A DNA stretch of 64,000 nt from Mizuhopecten yessoensis (taxonomy: Eukaryota): the NCBI RefSeq assembly GCF_002113885.1, contig NW_018408322.1, positions 250,878 through 314,877 on the forward strand, written 5' to 3'. Numbering within the stretch: the stretch's first letter is position 1; every line of letters starts with the position of its first letter. The position numbers were made by a program, and so were the translations under genes. Under the pieces are notes generated by a model that had not been told where the DNA came from, searched no databases, and was given only the letters and a program-made list of their open reading frames with translations. This document shows positions 1-12,789 of the stretch, piece after piece.

Positions 1-510
1 TATGTAAGTGCTACATCCCCTCGCCTTCAGTCTCCTATGTCGTAATTTTTACAATCTATCACCCGTATGTGTAAGTGCTACATGCCCTCGCCTTCAGTCT
101 TCTGTCATAATTTTTACAATCTATCACCCATGTATGTAAGTGCTACATGCCCTCGCCTTCAGTCTCCTATGTCGTATTTTTTACAATCTATCACCTGTAT
201 GTGTAAGTGCTACATGCCCTTGCCTTCAGTCTCCTATGTCGTAATTTTTACAATCTATCACCTGTATGTGTAAGTGCTACATGCCCTCGCCTTCAGTCTT
301 CTGTCATAATTTTTACAATATATCAACCATGTATGTAAGAGCTACATGCCCTCGCCTTCAGTCTCCTATGTCATAATTTCTACAATCTATCACCCATGTA
401 TGTAAGGGCTACATCCCCTCGCCTTCAGTCTACTATGTCGTAATTTTTACAATCTAACACCCATGTATGTAAGTGCTACATCCCCTCGCCTTCAGTCTCC
501 TATGTTGTAA
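1..510. repeat. ~66-bp minisatellite, ~7.5 copies, in a KIF4 intron
   Basis: Unit tatgtaagtgctacatgccctcgccttcagtctcctatgtcgtaatttttacaatctatcaccc recurs with a period of about 65-68 nt. Confidence 0.92.
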
Positions 511-530
511 TGGTGAGCTCTGGTCCTTAC

Positions 531-667
531 CCCGTGTCTTTTTTAAGGTTCTGCAGACGTGATTTCAGTTTATCACACTTCATTTCCATTCTGATGGCTT
601 TCTCACACAGGTTGGTGCTCTGGTCGACAGCTCGGGTGAGTTCTGTTGCCAACTTCCCGTTCTCCTC
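531..667 (-). CDS. KIF4: KIF4 coiled-coil exon ([45 protein letters not shown])
   Basis: ttag/gtaagg boundaries; heptad-rich and stop-free. Confidence 0.82.
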
Positions 668-3600
668 CTAACCAAGGCAATCAGAAACTTTATACAGGTC
701 AGAGTTCAACTGTTTAAAAAAGTAACATTTCTATTTATATTTTTACTCTAGTAGGCCACTTTATACAAATTTTCCTATCCCACTCTCCATAAGTCCTTAA
801 ATGACTTCAGCTGTTATTAAGACGTTAAACCCTATAGATACAACCAACCAACCCACTCTCCATTCAGAAGGCAATCATGTCCAAGTAATTTCTGCTCGTA
901 ATTTTTTTCTTCTCAACTTTACTGGCTTATGTAACTTCTTTAAGTAGTCTTGCATCCTGGCACCTTATATTCTTCTTTATTACACATGTAGAAGGTTTAA
1001 TGACATAACAGTTTTCTTAGCGAGAACTTGATTCATTAAATTGACCTTGCGCTTTGACCTTAGCCACTACTGGGCACTACTTTGATGTGTCGAAAAAAAT
1101 GTAGTAATTTTTGTAATACTCTGTAATTGTTTTGCTATAGAAATTTTGAGTGTGTGGGAAAATATTTGATGTGCAACTTTTATCTGATTGCAGTGCGGAA
1201 ATATTTGTGTTGGCAATGCTCTGAAATTTGTTTCAATATTTTATATACCTATAATCTATAAACAAAATTTGGCATGTGGATATTTTACCCCGATTATTTA
1301 CTCAACATGAAATAGCGAGCATTTTAACTTGTGCCAAAATGTTCACTTTACGAAAGTATTAAATTGTGTTGCTTGACCAAGATAAATGATTTAACTGACA
1401 GACAGAAAAGGCAAACACTGAATCCCCTTGGATTATGAAAAGATTCTTGTAACACAAATAATAAGTGTTTCTAAGTGACGTTTCGATGACTAGTACAAAT
1501 GACAAATGATCAGACAAATGACCATTGAAGCGTATGCACACAAAGGTGTAAAATGTGTACAGGAATTGTCCACAAATCGATGTTGATTTGGTTACGCTGT
1601 AAGAGTATGTAAAATTAGTTGTATCCCATTGGTCGTATTCGCAAGAACAATGACATTGATTCTGTATATATTGAACAATTGTAGCACACAGCTACAAATA
1701 ATTCAATTTGGATCGATACAATTCTCGCCCAGCAGTTCTAAATTTAATTCCAGCAATGCTAAATGTTTATACCTCAAGATGTTTGTTCTTTTCCATGACA
1801 GCTCGGAGTTCTTCTGCTGAGGATTCCACACTGGTTGTACTACTGCAGGTACTTCTACAACACAGGTCATATAACTACGGTAACACAGGGGTAGCTCATA
1901 GAAAATACTTGGTATAAAGTGAGTACTGAAAGTAGCTGTCACACAGGGTCGTGACGTTTTAAAAGTACAGCATTGCCTAGTTCTGACTTGTACAACAATA
2001 CAGGGCTGTCTAGTTCTGAGTAACTTTATAAAATCGAACTCCTTGGGACAATTACGACACAGCAATGTCTAGCTCTGGTGAGTGCAACACCACACTGTCT
2101 AGTTCTATATCTCTTCATATACTGTCTAACAGTTCCATATATCTACATATATGTTGTTGTCTAACAGTTGTATATCTCTACATATACAGTCTAACCCATA
2201 GGGTTAATTACAGCACAACACTATCTAGCTTTACAGCTAAACCATCTTAATGTCAGCCTGTCACTTTTATGTTAATTTTCAATTAAATTCAACAGGTGGT
2301 ACCCCTTAACAAAGCCGGGAGTCCTGCGGTAGGATAGATGCTTAACTGGAATAACCCATAAAACAATAAAGTCTAGTAATAACTATATATTAAAGTATTC
2401 TGATTAAAACACCATAAAGGGAGATAATCGTTAAGAGTCTAATTCATGTTAACATTGATTTAAACTAAAAACTAGACTTCACATTTTCATACGTGTTTTT
2501 CAAATGTTTGATCTCTATCTGACAGTTCATAAAGGAAGCAAAATATTTAAGTATTTACAGTTTATAATCTTAATAGTTCACTGATGACTGTTACAATGCT
2601 GTTATACGTACATGGTTGAGATTGAGTCGGGACAGGTCGCACCTCCTCCAATTAACTGTAACTGTAACTTCTGGACCTAAATACACAAGAAACAGTCAGG
2701 TAAGTCAACATTCACACATTGCCAAGTTAAATATGAAATATCAGTAAATTGAACAGCAGTGGATAATTTCAAATTCCAATAAGTTGCAAAAATAGGTTTA
2801 TATATTTCTGCAACATTTCTTTCAAATCCCCCGTCGTTACTCATTGCCTTCTTCATACAGGAGTGATTAAATATTTTTCTCCCCCACTTTCCTAGAGTAC
2901 TGTAAAAATAAAAGTTGAAATGGTGAAGCCACTACTTTATGACATCATCAAGGGTGCATAAAATGTGGCGCAAAATTGATAATGCTACTGTGGTTCCACT
3001 GCATAAATAGATGGTGACGTCTTCAGAATAGCATTTGAGCTATTTTCCTGGGTAGGTCAAGACAGATTTATCTATATTACCCAGCAAAAGGGGGAATGCA
3101 CCTGTGAAATGATGGGTTAATCCTACTGTCACATGGACACCAGTAGCAGGACTATATAGGATACTAATTTGACATTTTATTGAAGCCAGTTCTAGAAGAT
3201 ACCAAGCAAGGATTAGGGCTGAAGCGATAAACACACTTCATGATAAGATATGTATCAAGATACTTATATCTGCTTAAAAAAAAAAAATCTGTTATGTTTG
3301 AGTGCAGTATTTCAAAGAGTTTTTTCAAAATCTTAAATAGTAAATACTATTAAAATATACTTTTGCATGATTTTAGTACTTTTGGGTATGACTGCACAGT
3401 GGACCACATCTTCACAAACGGATTCCAAAATAATAAGAACTATTTTTAGAGTTAAATAGAAACCTGATTGATAATTGCAGCATTGTTAAGTGTATCGGGA
3501 TACAGGCAAACAAAACATTTCGTTATGATACGCAAAAAAGTGTCGTGATAGGACACGGTTCAATGAATCGTTTCAGCCCTAGCAGGGATATTACTGACAT

Positions 3601-6600
3601 TGGTACTGTGACATATATATATATACCTAGCCAAGACTGAATTGATGCTAGCTGTACTATAGATAAATTATAAAACTTCATATACATCAGCACTACAATG
3701 AACTCACCAGGGATTTCAGTCTCATTATTTCCTCTGTCTGAGGATCCCGGTTGACTATTGGTTTGTTTTTGATTTTCCGTGCTCTGTCGGCATACCGTAG
3801 GGTATTGAGGGTTTCCTCCATGTTTGAGTCAGCAGGGCTTACACAAGCAATCATTACAGTATGACTGTTTCCACCCAGTGAATCTGTACAAAATAAATGG
3901 ATATTTTTACAGTACTGTAGAAAGAAGCTATAAGTTATATGTATATTAATCATAATGTTCGCCTGCAACAGTGAGCATAATCTACAATCAGATCAAGCTG
4001 ATCTCTATCAGGTAAATCGGGAGACATATCTGTGAAGGATGGGAGAAAACATAATGACTTTATACTAATAAACCAAGAAAAGGTGATAAAATCTATTACA
4101 GAGAAAAGGAATTTCTTGAGAGACAAAGACTGACCTTGTAACAACCGCGTAAGTTTGGAATCCCTGTACGGAATATGATTACGCTTGCTTGCTTCCTCCC
4201 CGAGAGCACTGATGACATTACCCAGGGCCAACAGACCGCGGTTGATATTAATGCCTTCCTTGAACCTCTCCCCTTCTGCCTGGGTCCTCTTGGCTCGTTC
4301 TGAACCAGCCAAGTCAACCAAATAAAACTTTGACTTGCAGAAGTCATTCCTGTCAACACAAGTCATATCAAACTGTTAACAATTATGGAAAAAAAATGAT
4401 GGTTTACAATATACTTGAAAACATATCTAAATTCATTCTTTTCTCTCTATTTTCTTTCCAAAGAATGTTGTGGTTTTTTTCTGTCTTGCCTCTAACAAAG
4501 AATCTGGGGTGGAGTTAACTGCTGGTCCATGGTCAGTGGTTTTCTGGGCAAACCAACTGATTTTTCAACAAGCTATCCCGCCGGGCCAGTAGACATTTTG
4601 CGAATTTATCTAAAATTTCATTTTAAAAGCTTCGTTTTAAGCCCTGAATGCATTTTTTTCAGTCTTTCTTTGCCCTAAAACAAAATATTGGATTAAATAC
4701 AAGCAAAAAATCTTAAATGTATCATTATCAGTACCAATAAATTTATGTGGGCAAATTAAAATCAGAGCAAACTTGTTTTAAATGGTCATGTTGCAAAACA
4801 TTTATGATGTGAACCTTGTGGTAAAACTGCATTAGGGCAATCACCATTTTCCACCCTAAAGTCACACAATGCAAGTTTCCATTTTCCTATCTAAATGCAA
4901 AAGTAAAACTGCGTAAAACGTTGCCAAATACTTACATGTCATCCTGCTTCTTCTGTTCAATGGTGACGGTGAAGATGGCGTGTGATCGACTAGATGTGTT
5001 GTTCATGGCCGTAGAACCGGTCGTCCTGCTTTGGGAACCTCGGGTCAAACACTGCATGGTCTCTTTGTAGGATTTCACCACCACCTCCTGAAGTCCTGGC
5101 AGCTAGACAAAAGTAAATTCTAACAGTGAAATATACCCTAGGGAATATCCAGGAAACATTTATTTATGATAACACTTTAATACATATATATATATACATG
5201 TGTCATCTTACTTCAGCGATACATGCTGTTTTACTTTCTATTGTTTTTCCCGTTTCCCGACCGCCCCTATTTTTCATGCTGACCCTAATACATTTTCTTT
5301 GTGTTTTTTTCACAGTCACTGTTATCCATTTATTAGCCATTTAATTGATCAAAGTGTTTAATTGTTATGCGTTTTATTAGCCTTGGCTTGTGGTAAGCGT
5401 CTGAGTTTTATTTAAGGATAGTAGTTAAGTAGCAGTAGATAATTGTGGTTATGATATAGGTTGGAATCTGTACATGTATATTAGTGTGACTGTCTGTAGT
5501 CTAGGGTGGGGTAGTCCAGTCTGTGATGTCAGTGTTTGTGCCTCCAGCTGGTGCTGACAGCTAGAGTTAAATTTAGCAGGATTTATGGCCAGTTTAATCT
5601 AGTCGTATAGGGATTGAAATTCAGCAGGATTTCAGCCACATCAACAATTTTAATGTAGCAGGATTTCGCTAAGGACATATAGTAAGGTAGTTCAGCTTAG
5701 CTTGGGAGTCGAAGGAAGAGACAGAGTTGGGTTGGGAAATTGAGTTAAGGTCTGTAGTCTTGAAGAAGGAGGTTGAGTTAGGGAGACTCAGTCGAGAGGT
5801 CAAGAGATATAGGACGGATAAAAAAACTTGTGTTGTAAATATAGTGTAAAATTGAGAACAGAAAGCATTAATAATACGAAAGAGAACGTAACACTGGTGA
5901 CCATCGGTGAAGTTTGCTCAACACAAAAACTAGGAAAGGAGGGATTTTTTTATTTGCGTATTTATTTCACATGAATAAAAAATCATTTATATTTGGTGCC
6001 ATTCATACATCATTAAAACAATGACATATATATTCTTAACATTCACGGAGGTAATCAGGAGATTTTCTTCACCAAAATAAAATGTTTCCCTACCTACCCT
6101 TTTATTTTTTCTTGGAGCCGAAAAAAGGAAACACACATATATTATTATTTGGCCTAAGTGTTATAAAGTTTCATACCTTGATTCCCCCCTCAGTGTCTTC
6201 TCTGATAGACAGGGGCTCCCTCCGGTTTGGGGGACGCAGCAGATCATTGATGTCTTCATTGTGTATCTAAGGACAAGTGAATCAAATGTCACAAAGTTCA
6301 ATCCAATATTTAATCAGCTGATAACATTACTAGATATTATAACTATGTCTACTGGTATTTATATTAAAGTAAACCTGATAAATTTACCCTACTTATCAAT
6401 TCTGCCTGCTCCATTGTGAGTGTTTGTTTACTTATAGTTGTGAAGATTTTTTGTTCGATCTTACCTCTATGTAGGAGACTTTTGTTACGAAATCATAATC
6501 AGGTCTTGCTAGGATTCCTTGAAATAATTCATTTAATACACGTGGAATGATGCCCATGGCTGTTTCTTCTTCCTTTAGAGACTCTTCGTAACACCCTCCC

Positions 6601-8129
6601 ATGGAGAAGGTCTTGCCACTGCCTGTTTGGCCGTACGCTAACACTGTGGCATTGTACCCTGTCAGATAGACAAAGTCATTCAATTGAACTACTTTATATA
6701 TAATATATTCTCAGTTTATGTGCAACATCTGTAACCCTCTTTGCACCACTGGAATATGTCATGAAAAAGTCGAAGGCATGCGCTTAGCTATTTGATTGGT
6801 TTGTTTCAGGTCAAAAAAAAAAAGACCAATAATATGTATACCTGTTCTGAAAATATTACAGAGGAACAACTTCAAAGCCAGTCAATTTACTGTTAAAAGG
6901 TCAGACTTGTCTTCTTGTATCATTCATAAAATGCCATGTAAATACTGAGCCTTCGATTTTTCAGGCCATATTCCAGCTGAGGTGCTAGAAAACTTGAGAG
7001 ATTGTAACATCTGAAATGTTGAGGATGCTGTATTTTAAACCTGTTCACTCTTATTGTAATAAATCTAAATGTTGAAAGTATTAAAGTATTGAAAAGGTTA
7101 ACATTGAGACCACCTAATAGTGTAAAAGAAGTAGGAAATTTCCCTTTAGCTCAGCGGTAGAGCTGAGTGTTTGTTTACTTATAGTTGTTGAAGTTTGTTG
7201 AACCCACGACCCTTGGCTCTCCAGCCCCAGCAATGGCACTATCTTTATCACTATTTCTCCTCCCATTACAATAGTTGACATATATGTTAACATTTATTTT
7301 GACACGAATTCCAATGTAGCAGGGACAAAAGGGGTTGTCCCTGGTCCACTGTAATTCATTGATGAGCTAATAGTGGAGATTCTGTATATACTACATGTAT
7401 CCACAGTGGTAATCATCTGAATTGTATCGGATGTTCAACTTATAAGGAACTTTGTGTCTCCAACCCCCTTGAGTGATTTCTTTCGACAGTTTTAAAATAT
7501 ATATATACATATCCTTAAATAAAAGAACGAGTTTCAAAGTAATTATATGAGTACACATATGAAGGCCTAGGCAAATCTTTAATTTATCAATTTACTGAAC
7601 AACAAAATCATTCATAAAATTCTTTATCAAAGCCAAAGTTGGACAACAGAATAAGACCAAATCAAAAAAGTTGTTTGTTTCCAGTTACCTTAGGCCTACC
7701 TATACCCTAATTGTTTGTGCACACCCTAAACTTTTGTGTGCAATTCCCATGGAAATGCTGTTAAAATCAAGATCATTCTCCTATATAAACCTTAATATAA
7801 AAAAGATTGAAAAATAAGATATGTTACCTACCTAAATACTTTATTTTTTTCAGGCATGTAACAAGAAACAAACATTTTTTTTTACTTTAACTATACTGAC
7901 CTTTAAAAATATGTTTAATAAGAGGGTGGACCGACATTTCATACACCTCTGATTGACTATTACAGGGACTAAATACATAGTCATAGGTGAATGCCTTCAT
8001 CTTTCCAAGGATGATCTGTGGTTCATTCTTTGTAAATTGGACACACTTTTGACAACCCTCATTTTCCTCTTTTTGTATAAGTGGCCGACAGCGTACTGCC
8101 ACACGAACAGGAATGACCTTGTCCGACAT
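531..8129 (-). CDS. KIF4: Chromokinesin KIF4-like (kinesin-4), 5' part; spliced: join(complement 8129-7901, 6658-6465, 6266-6177, 5102-4936, 4349-4135, 3883-3708, 2676-2612, 1854-1773, 667-531); continues beyond window start
   Basis: Kinesin motor motifs are distributed across exons: [10 protein letters not shown]-loop GQTGSGKT, switch I NNTSSRSH, switch [49 protein letters not shown]. All introns are GT-AG and phases are compatible (1,0,0,2,1,0,2,0). The post-motor coiled coil [14 protein letters not shown] resembles KIF4A. Confidence 0.93.
1773..1854 (-). CDS. KIF4: KIF4 small exon ([27 protein letters not shown]); alternative in-frame acceptor at 1842
   Basis: ttgtag/gtataa boundaries; bridges phase 2 to phase 0; coiled-coil sequence continuous with the next exon. 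Confidence 0.72.
2612..2676 (-). CDS. KIF4: KIF4 small exon ([21 protein letters not shown])
   Basis: tttag/gtacgt boundaries; phase 0 in and phase 2 out, matching neighbours; similar to the KIF4 neck coil VQQLQVLL. Confidence 0.75.
3708..3883 (-). CDS. KIF4: KIF4 exon, end of motor and neck (DSLGGNSHT...IMRLKSL)
   Basis: acag/gtgagt boundaries; [18 protein letters not shown]. Confidence 0.93.
4135..4349 (-). CDS. KIF4: KIF4 exon with switch II ([12 protein letters not shown]...SKLTRLLQ)
   Basis: acag/gtcagt boundaries; DLAGSE and [14 protein letters not shown] motifs. Confidence 0.94.
4936..5102 (-). CDS. KIF4: KIF4 exon with switch I (LPGLQEVVV...[20 protein letters not shown])
   Basis: ctag/gtaagt boundaries; SSRSH motif read on the reverse strand. 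Confidence 0.92.
5201..5905 (+). mobile_element. Possible LTR remnant (TG...CA) followed by a PBS-like TGGTGACC
   Basis: Begins tgtcat (5201), ends gtaaca (5893), and is followed directly by ctggtgacc. No internal coding sequence seen. Confidence 0.35.
6177..6266 (-). CDS. KIF4: KIF4 exon ([10 protein letters not shown]...[10 protein letters not shown])
   Basis: 90-nt phase 0/0 exon, ttag/gtatga; kinesin E-I-x-N-E-x-I-x-D-L-L motif. Not in the ORF track. Confidence 0.9.
6465..6658 (-). CDS. KIF4: KIF4 exon with P-loop ([20 protein letters not shown]...SYIE)
   Basis: ag/gtaaga boundaries; GQTGSGKT motif. Confidence 0.93.
6741..6987. mobile_element. MITE-like element with ~35-bp imperfect TIRs
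   Basis: gcaccactggaatatgtcatgaaaaagtcgaaggc is matched by the inverted gccttcgatttttcaggccatattccagctgaggtgc. Confidence 0.55.
7901..8129 (-). CDS. KIF4: KIF4 first coding exon ([16 protein letters not shown]...KHIFK)
   Basis: Acceptor cag|G ATG at 8130/8129; donor G|gtcagt at 7900; N-terminal kinesin motor sequence. Confidence 0.92.
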
Positions 8130-8396
8130 CCTGCTGCGAAACAGAAAAGATGAAAACATAACTTTTTAATAACAGTCATTTGAGTCACTGACTCACAGCC
8201 AAAAAAATATATATTAAAAATGAGTCCAGAGCACAAATGTCTGATTATGGAAAATAGAAGTAAGCATGAAGGTTTTGACGACAGAGAATATAACTTGAAC
8301 ATGAATATCTGCAATATCCAACCGGCATTAAAATATTATTGACGATGGCTGGCCTGGTAGAGCTACACCTCGACAACTGGCCCCAATCCTCGTGAG

Positions 8397-9197
8397 GAAT
8401 GCTAGTCGTTTGGGTAACAAGTCGTTTCGGGACTTAAAAAATGTTCATTTATAAATTAAATTTCACTCCCGTTTCGCATCAAGTCCTGTAAATACACAAT
8501 TAGTGTCAAGTATGGTTTTAGTCTATAATCTTTGTGTCACAACCTACCCATGCTTGGGATCATTAGTGTTACCAGATTGCTAGTGCTTGAGGGGATACCT
8601 ACCAACATTTACCCGATTCACTATAGTCTCCATTATTGACATTAAGAGACGAATAAGTTAACATTTATGTTAACAATGTTTTAGATATGTGAATCAATTA
8701 ATCAAATCAAGCAATATATTTTGAATGACGTTTTCATGTTGTGTATTTGTGTATGTGTGAATATTGCATATACATGTATTTACTTCATGCAGAAAACTTA
8801 TATATGACAATGATTTGTAATATATACGTCTCTGCTTCATGTTTTATTAAAATCATGTATTTGGTAAATTTGACTTAATTTAAAATAACTAAATAAAATA
8901 CATTCGTCAACTACGTTTAACCGGTATACATCATTACATGAACATTGATATTTATGACTTGATCGACCAAGAACGTTGTCGTTGCTTTGTAGAACTTCGG
9001 AACATCGGCCTTGAGTCTGATGGCAAAGAGTTCTACCACAGGTGCTCGGGTTCTGGAATATATGTGATATATTATCGCGATCGCACCCCACTAGATATCT
9101 TTACAGAAATTGAAAAATCCCGAAACGACTTTTGACATGTCCCGAAACGACTTTCGTCTTGTTACCGAAACGACTTCTAACCGAAACAATCTGACAC
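8397..9197. mobile_element. Non-autonomous DNA transposon (Merlin-like) with 8-9 bp target-site duplication
   Basis: Flanked by the direct repeat cctcgtgag (8388-8396 and 9198-9206); inverted subterminal repeats agtcgtttcgg (left) and ccgaaacgact x3-4 (right). Confidence 0.65.
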
Positions 9198-9378
9198 CCT
9201 CGTGAGCCCAAAATTGTTTTACGGAACATTATTTGATTGTGTTGTGCATCGTCATTAAGGGTTTTATTTTTAAATTGCAAGGAGAAGTAAAGCAGGTTAC
9301 ATGTAAATGGAAACAGTCCATTTGGCCGGCAGTGACAACTGACTACGCTGTTGCACACATGCACATTCGGACCACGGC

Positions 9379-9480
9379 ACAGGGACACGGTTCAATTATC
9401 AATTTATATCGGAGGCCTCTGTTTACCATGCATAATGGTAAACAAGGAGGCATCATATATAAATTGAACCGTGCCCTTGT
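9379..9480. repeat. ~100-bp hairpin/mini-MITE
   Basis: agggacacggttcaatt...aattgaaccgtgccct with inner gtttaccat/atggtaaac arms. Confidence 0.55.
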
Positions 9481-9695
9481 GTTCGGACCATATTCTCGGT
9501 GTTTTCTAAACGCAATCAAGTCTGCTGTGAATTTGCATTGTGATTTTCCACGATCTCGAGTAAAATGCCACGTTTAACTGTTATAACAACACAAAACAAA
9601 TTCAGTGATCACAAAATAACGTAGGTACAGTAGAAACGAGACTGCACGACATTAATATAGTTCAGGAATTAAGTTAAATCATCTGTGTGTCTCAC

Positions 9696-9785
9696 CTAGT
9701 TCCCTAGTATTTTCCGTATTTTGAACGTGCCGCAAAAAATCCACCAATCGTAGTCGAGCTTTCATATTAGGTTGGGCGGGATCGA
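9696..9785 (-). promoter_or_regulatory. Probable KIF4 promoter and non-coding first exon (CHR-like TTTGAA, CCAAT, GC/E2F-like box)
   Basis: Splice donor ag|gtgaga at 9695; TTTGAA 9720-9725, CCAAT 9744-9748, GGGCGGGA 9774-9781. The start-codon exon begins with an acceptor, so an upstream exon is needed. Confidence 0.55.
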
Positions 9786-12700
9786 GGCAAAAAGCAGTTA
9801 CTTCCCCTCGGTCGTTAATGATTTTAAGGTTGCACAACACTAAATGAGATTGCCTCGAGACGTGCTTCTACATGTACTTATATTGTCAGTATTTCACAAA
9901 TAATAAATAAAAATAACATACCAAATGTTAATATTCATAGCATTTATTTATTTGTTTATCAAACCGTTTTCTCAATAAGAATTTAAGGACTGTAACATTT
10001 TTTTTCGTGGTTAAAATAGTTTTCTATCGAATTTACCTTAACTAAGTACCTCGCTCTGCGATATTCATAATTGATTATTTTTTCTTGTATCATTGTTTGA
10101 CACAGAGACGTATAATACATGTAGTATACGTCTCTGTTTGACAGAAGAACATAACACCCACCCACGCATCATACAGATATATCGTTCTTTTGAAAGACAT
10201 TCTTATTTTAAAGAGTTGATCTTATATCGGCCTTACCCATGAGAAAATAACAAAATGTTATACAGAACAAACTTTTAACCCCTCACGGAATACATTGCCT
10301 GCCTCTGACACTTCCAGTTTTCTAAACAGTATCTATCACACCAGGGACGTACATACGTTTAATTTAATTTAATAGTCTCCGATCACACATATCAATGTTA
10401 TAATTAAAAAAAGACTAATTCCCCTTTCTCGCTCGTTTTCATTTTTTTTTTTGCTGTTTATGTGTGTTTTGTTTGTTTGCCTTTTTATAATTTTATGAAA
10501 TAACATATTTCCTTTTCATTTGATATTTCAATGCTTAAAAGTTTTATTGCACAACCCCTGTTTAAGATTCCAGATCCGGCCCTGATAAAGCAAATTTTGT
10601 AAATTGACAGAATACACACTTATACAGACAAATTAAGAAAAAAGGCGGTTTAATTGATGACCAGGGGAAACAACTAATGAAGACGGATTATTTAATTTGT
10701 CAAGATACCATTTGTTTATTACCCAATACACACGAGCAGGAAACATATATTTCTATTAGCAAATGTCGATATAATGCCCCTCGTTTGAAGGTTGTTTTCT
10801 CGTTTTATTTAAGAATACTTTTTTACGTTTATCCGGCGTTTTTTAAAGATTTATATCTGTTTCCGTATCATTTTCCAGAGGGTAAATCGGACGAAATTGA
10901 GACATTCTACATTAAATAATGTTTTTATTGCATTTTATATCAGCATATATAATTTCTGTTTCTGAAAACACATTCAGTATGCCAGTGTAAGCAGTATTTT
11001 TTTTATAATATATATATTTTTAGATATTGATATATATTTTTAGATATTGATATATATTTTTAATATTGATATATATATTTTAATTTAGTAGATTCGCCTG
11101 CGTACCAGCGTATAGGCAGCTACTCGCCTGGGGTTTACTGTAAATTTATAACTTTTCTGTTGATCTAAGTTTTCTATTTTTCACTGTTTCTATCAAACGA
11201 GTTCGCATTAATTATATTAAAACGAAATGAAATAACGTTTATACTTATAACATAATTCTAAGTTTATATTTTCACTCATAATATATTACCACATTAAGAG
11301 CTATTGTGGACATCCCGCGAGGCACATGCGGGTGTTCCCTCCTCCAGGTGAACGAACTTTTTTACTTGAAGCGGCATTTCAGAATATTTTCCCGACTAAT
11401 CCAAGATCGAAGCTAATACGTTTCATGTAAATATTGATAAATGACAAAGTAGACAAAGGTCGATAATTGATCATGCCGAGAGCTCTGTATCCGAGTTAGC
11501 ATTATCGACAGCGATACATCAAAATAGTTCAAAAACACTATATTTCCGTGAAATACAAAGAAATCGTCTGGCACAGATGTTACAAGATATGGATTATTTA
11601 AAGAAAGTGGGTGAAAGGTCAATCTCTTTGCAAGGTACTTGCATCAGGAATATGAAAGTTGATATCTGTATCCATTCCAATGTAAAGATATAAGGCGTTG
11701 GCAAGACACAGTTTCCACTAGAGACGATATAAAGTTAATTTTATACCACAACTAGGAAGGCCGTGCTCAGAGTTTCCCCCTGAACATGAAGATCAATAAC
11801 AAAGGAAACCACCCAGAGCTATACTTACATAATTCATGTATTAAATGGGAAATATATAAATTTTGAAAGTATAAAAAAGTTTGATTTGAATTTCAAATAC
11901 TGATTCTATACTCTACGTTGCACGGATACAAGGGATGGAGATATTGCAAAGAGTTTTAAATGTCGACCTAGGGGAGGGGGATTATTTTTACCCCCGAATG
12001 TGTGAGGAAAAGTTTTTCCCCTTTGATTTACTTATTTAAGTTAAACTATCTTTGAAATCTAAAGGTTTCGTCGATCTTGATACAATATATCAAATATAAA
12101 ATAATGAGTTCGTATTTCAAGGTCCAAAGGTCAACGTCAAAGTCATAAGCTTAACAGTTGATATGTTGTCAACATGTTGATCATCATCAGTATACCGACT
12201 TAAAGGGAAGAGTTGAGTTGAGGGGCGGGGGGGGCATATATTACAGACGTTTTCTAGGTGTTTTTTTAATTTAACGTCTGTAATCAATAATAAAGTGATT
12301 TGTCATATGCATCTAACATAAACACATTAATTAGCAATGTCCTATTTTATTTGGTTTCCGAGACGATGTTTCTTTTCATGTTTCATATCAATCTGCTTTA
12401 ATTGCGTTTGAAACACTTTATAAATAAATAAATTGAGAATTATTCATACATATGCATGCGTAAATCAATTTCCTCCTATGCATAAATCAATCATCGTAAA
12501 ATGGATACATAAAGTCTGCATACATGCCATAATTTAATTCCGGCGTCCACATATAACAAACTATAGATGTATTTCCTGAAAATTTAAATTCGTTATCGGT
12601 TTTATATTGTCACAACACAAAGGCCATAGGTCAAGCTAGAGAGTCAGCGTGAAATGTATAGAAATAGAGTAACTGCGCTCAATGTTTCTGAAATTGTGAG

Positions 12701-12789
12701 CGTCTCTCAGGGTTATACCAGTAACACCGCTGAAAAGGTTAGGTTTTAAGTAAGGCAGTACTTCCCTATCTAATTCCATGACTATGTAC

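Noticed and set aside
1-510. Regular repeat array resembling CRISPR, and ORF 67-273
   Set aside because: No unique spacers; head-to-tail minisatellite in a eukaryotic intron.
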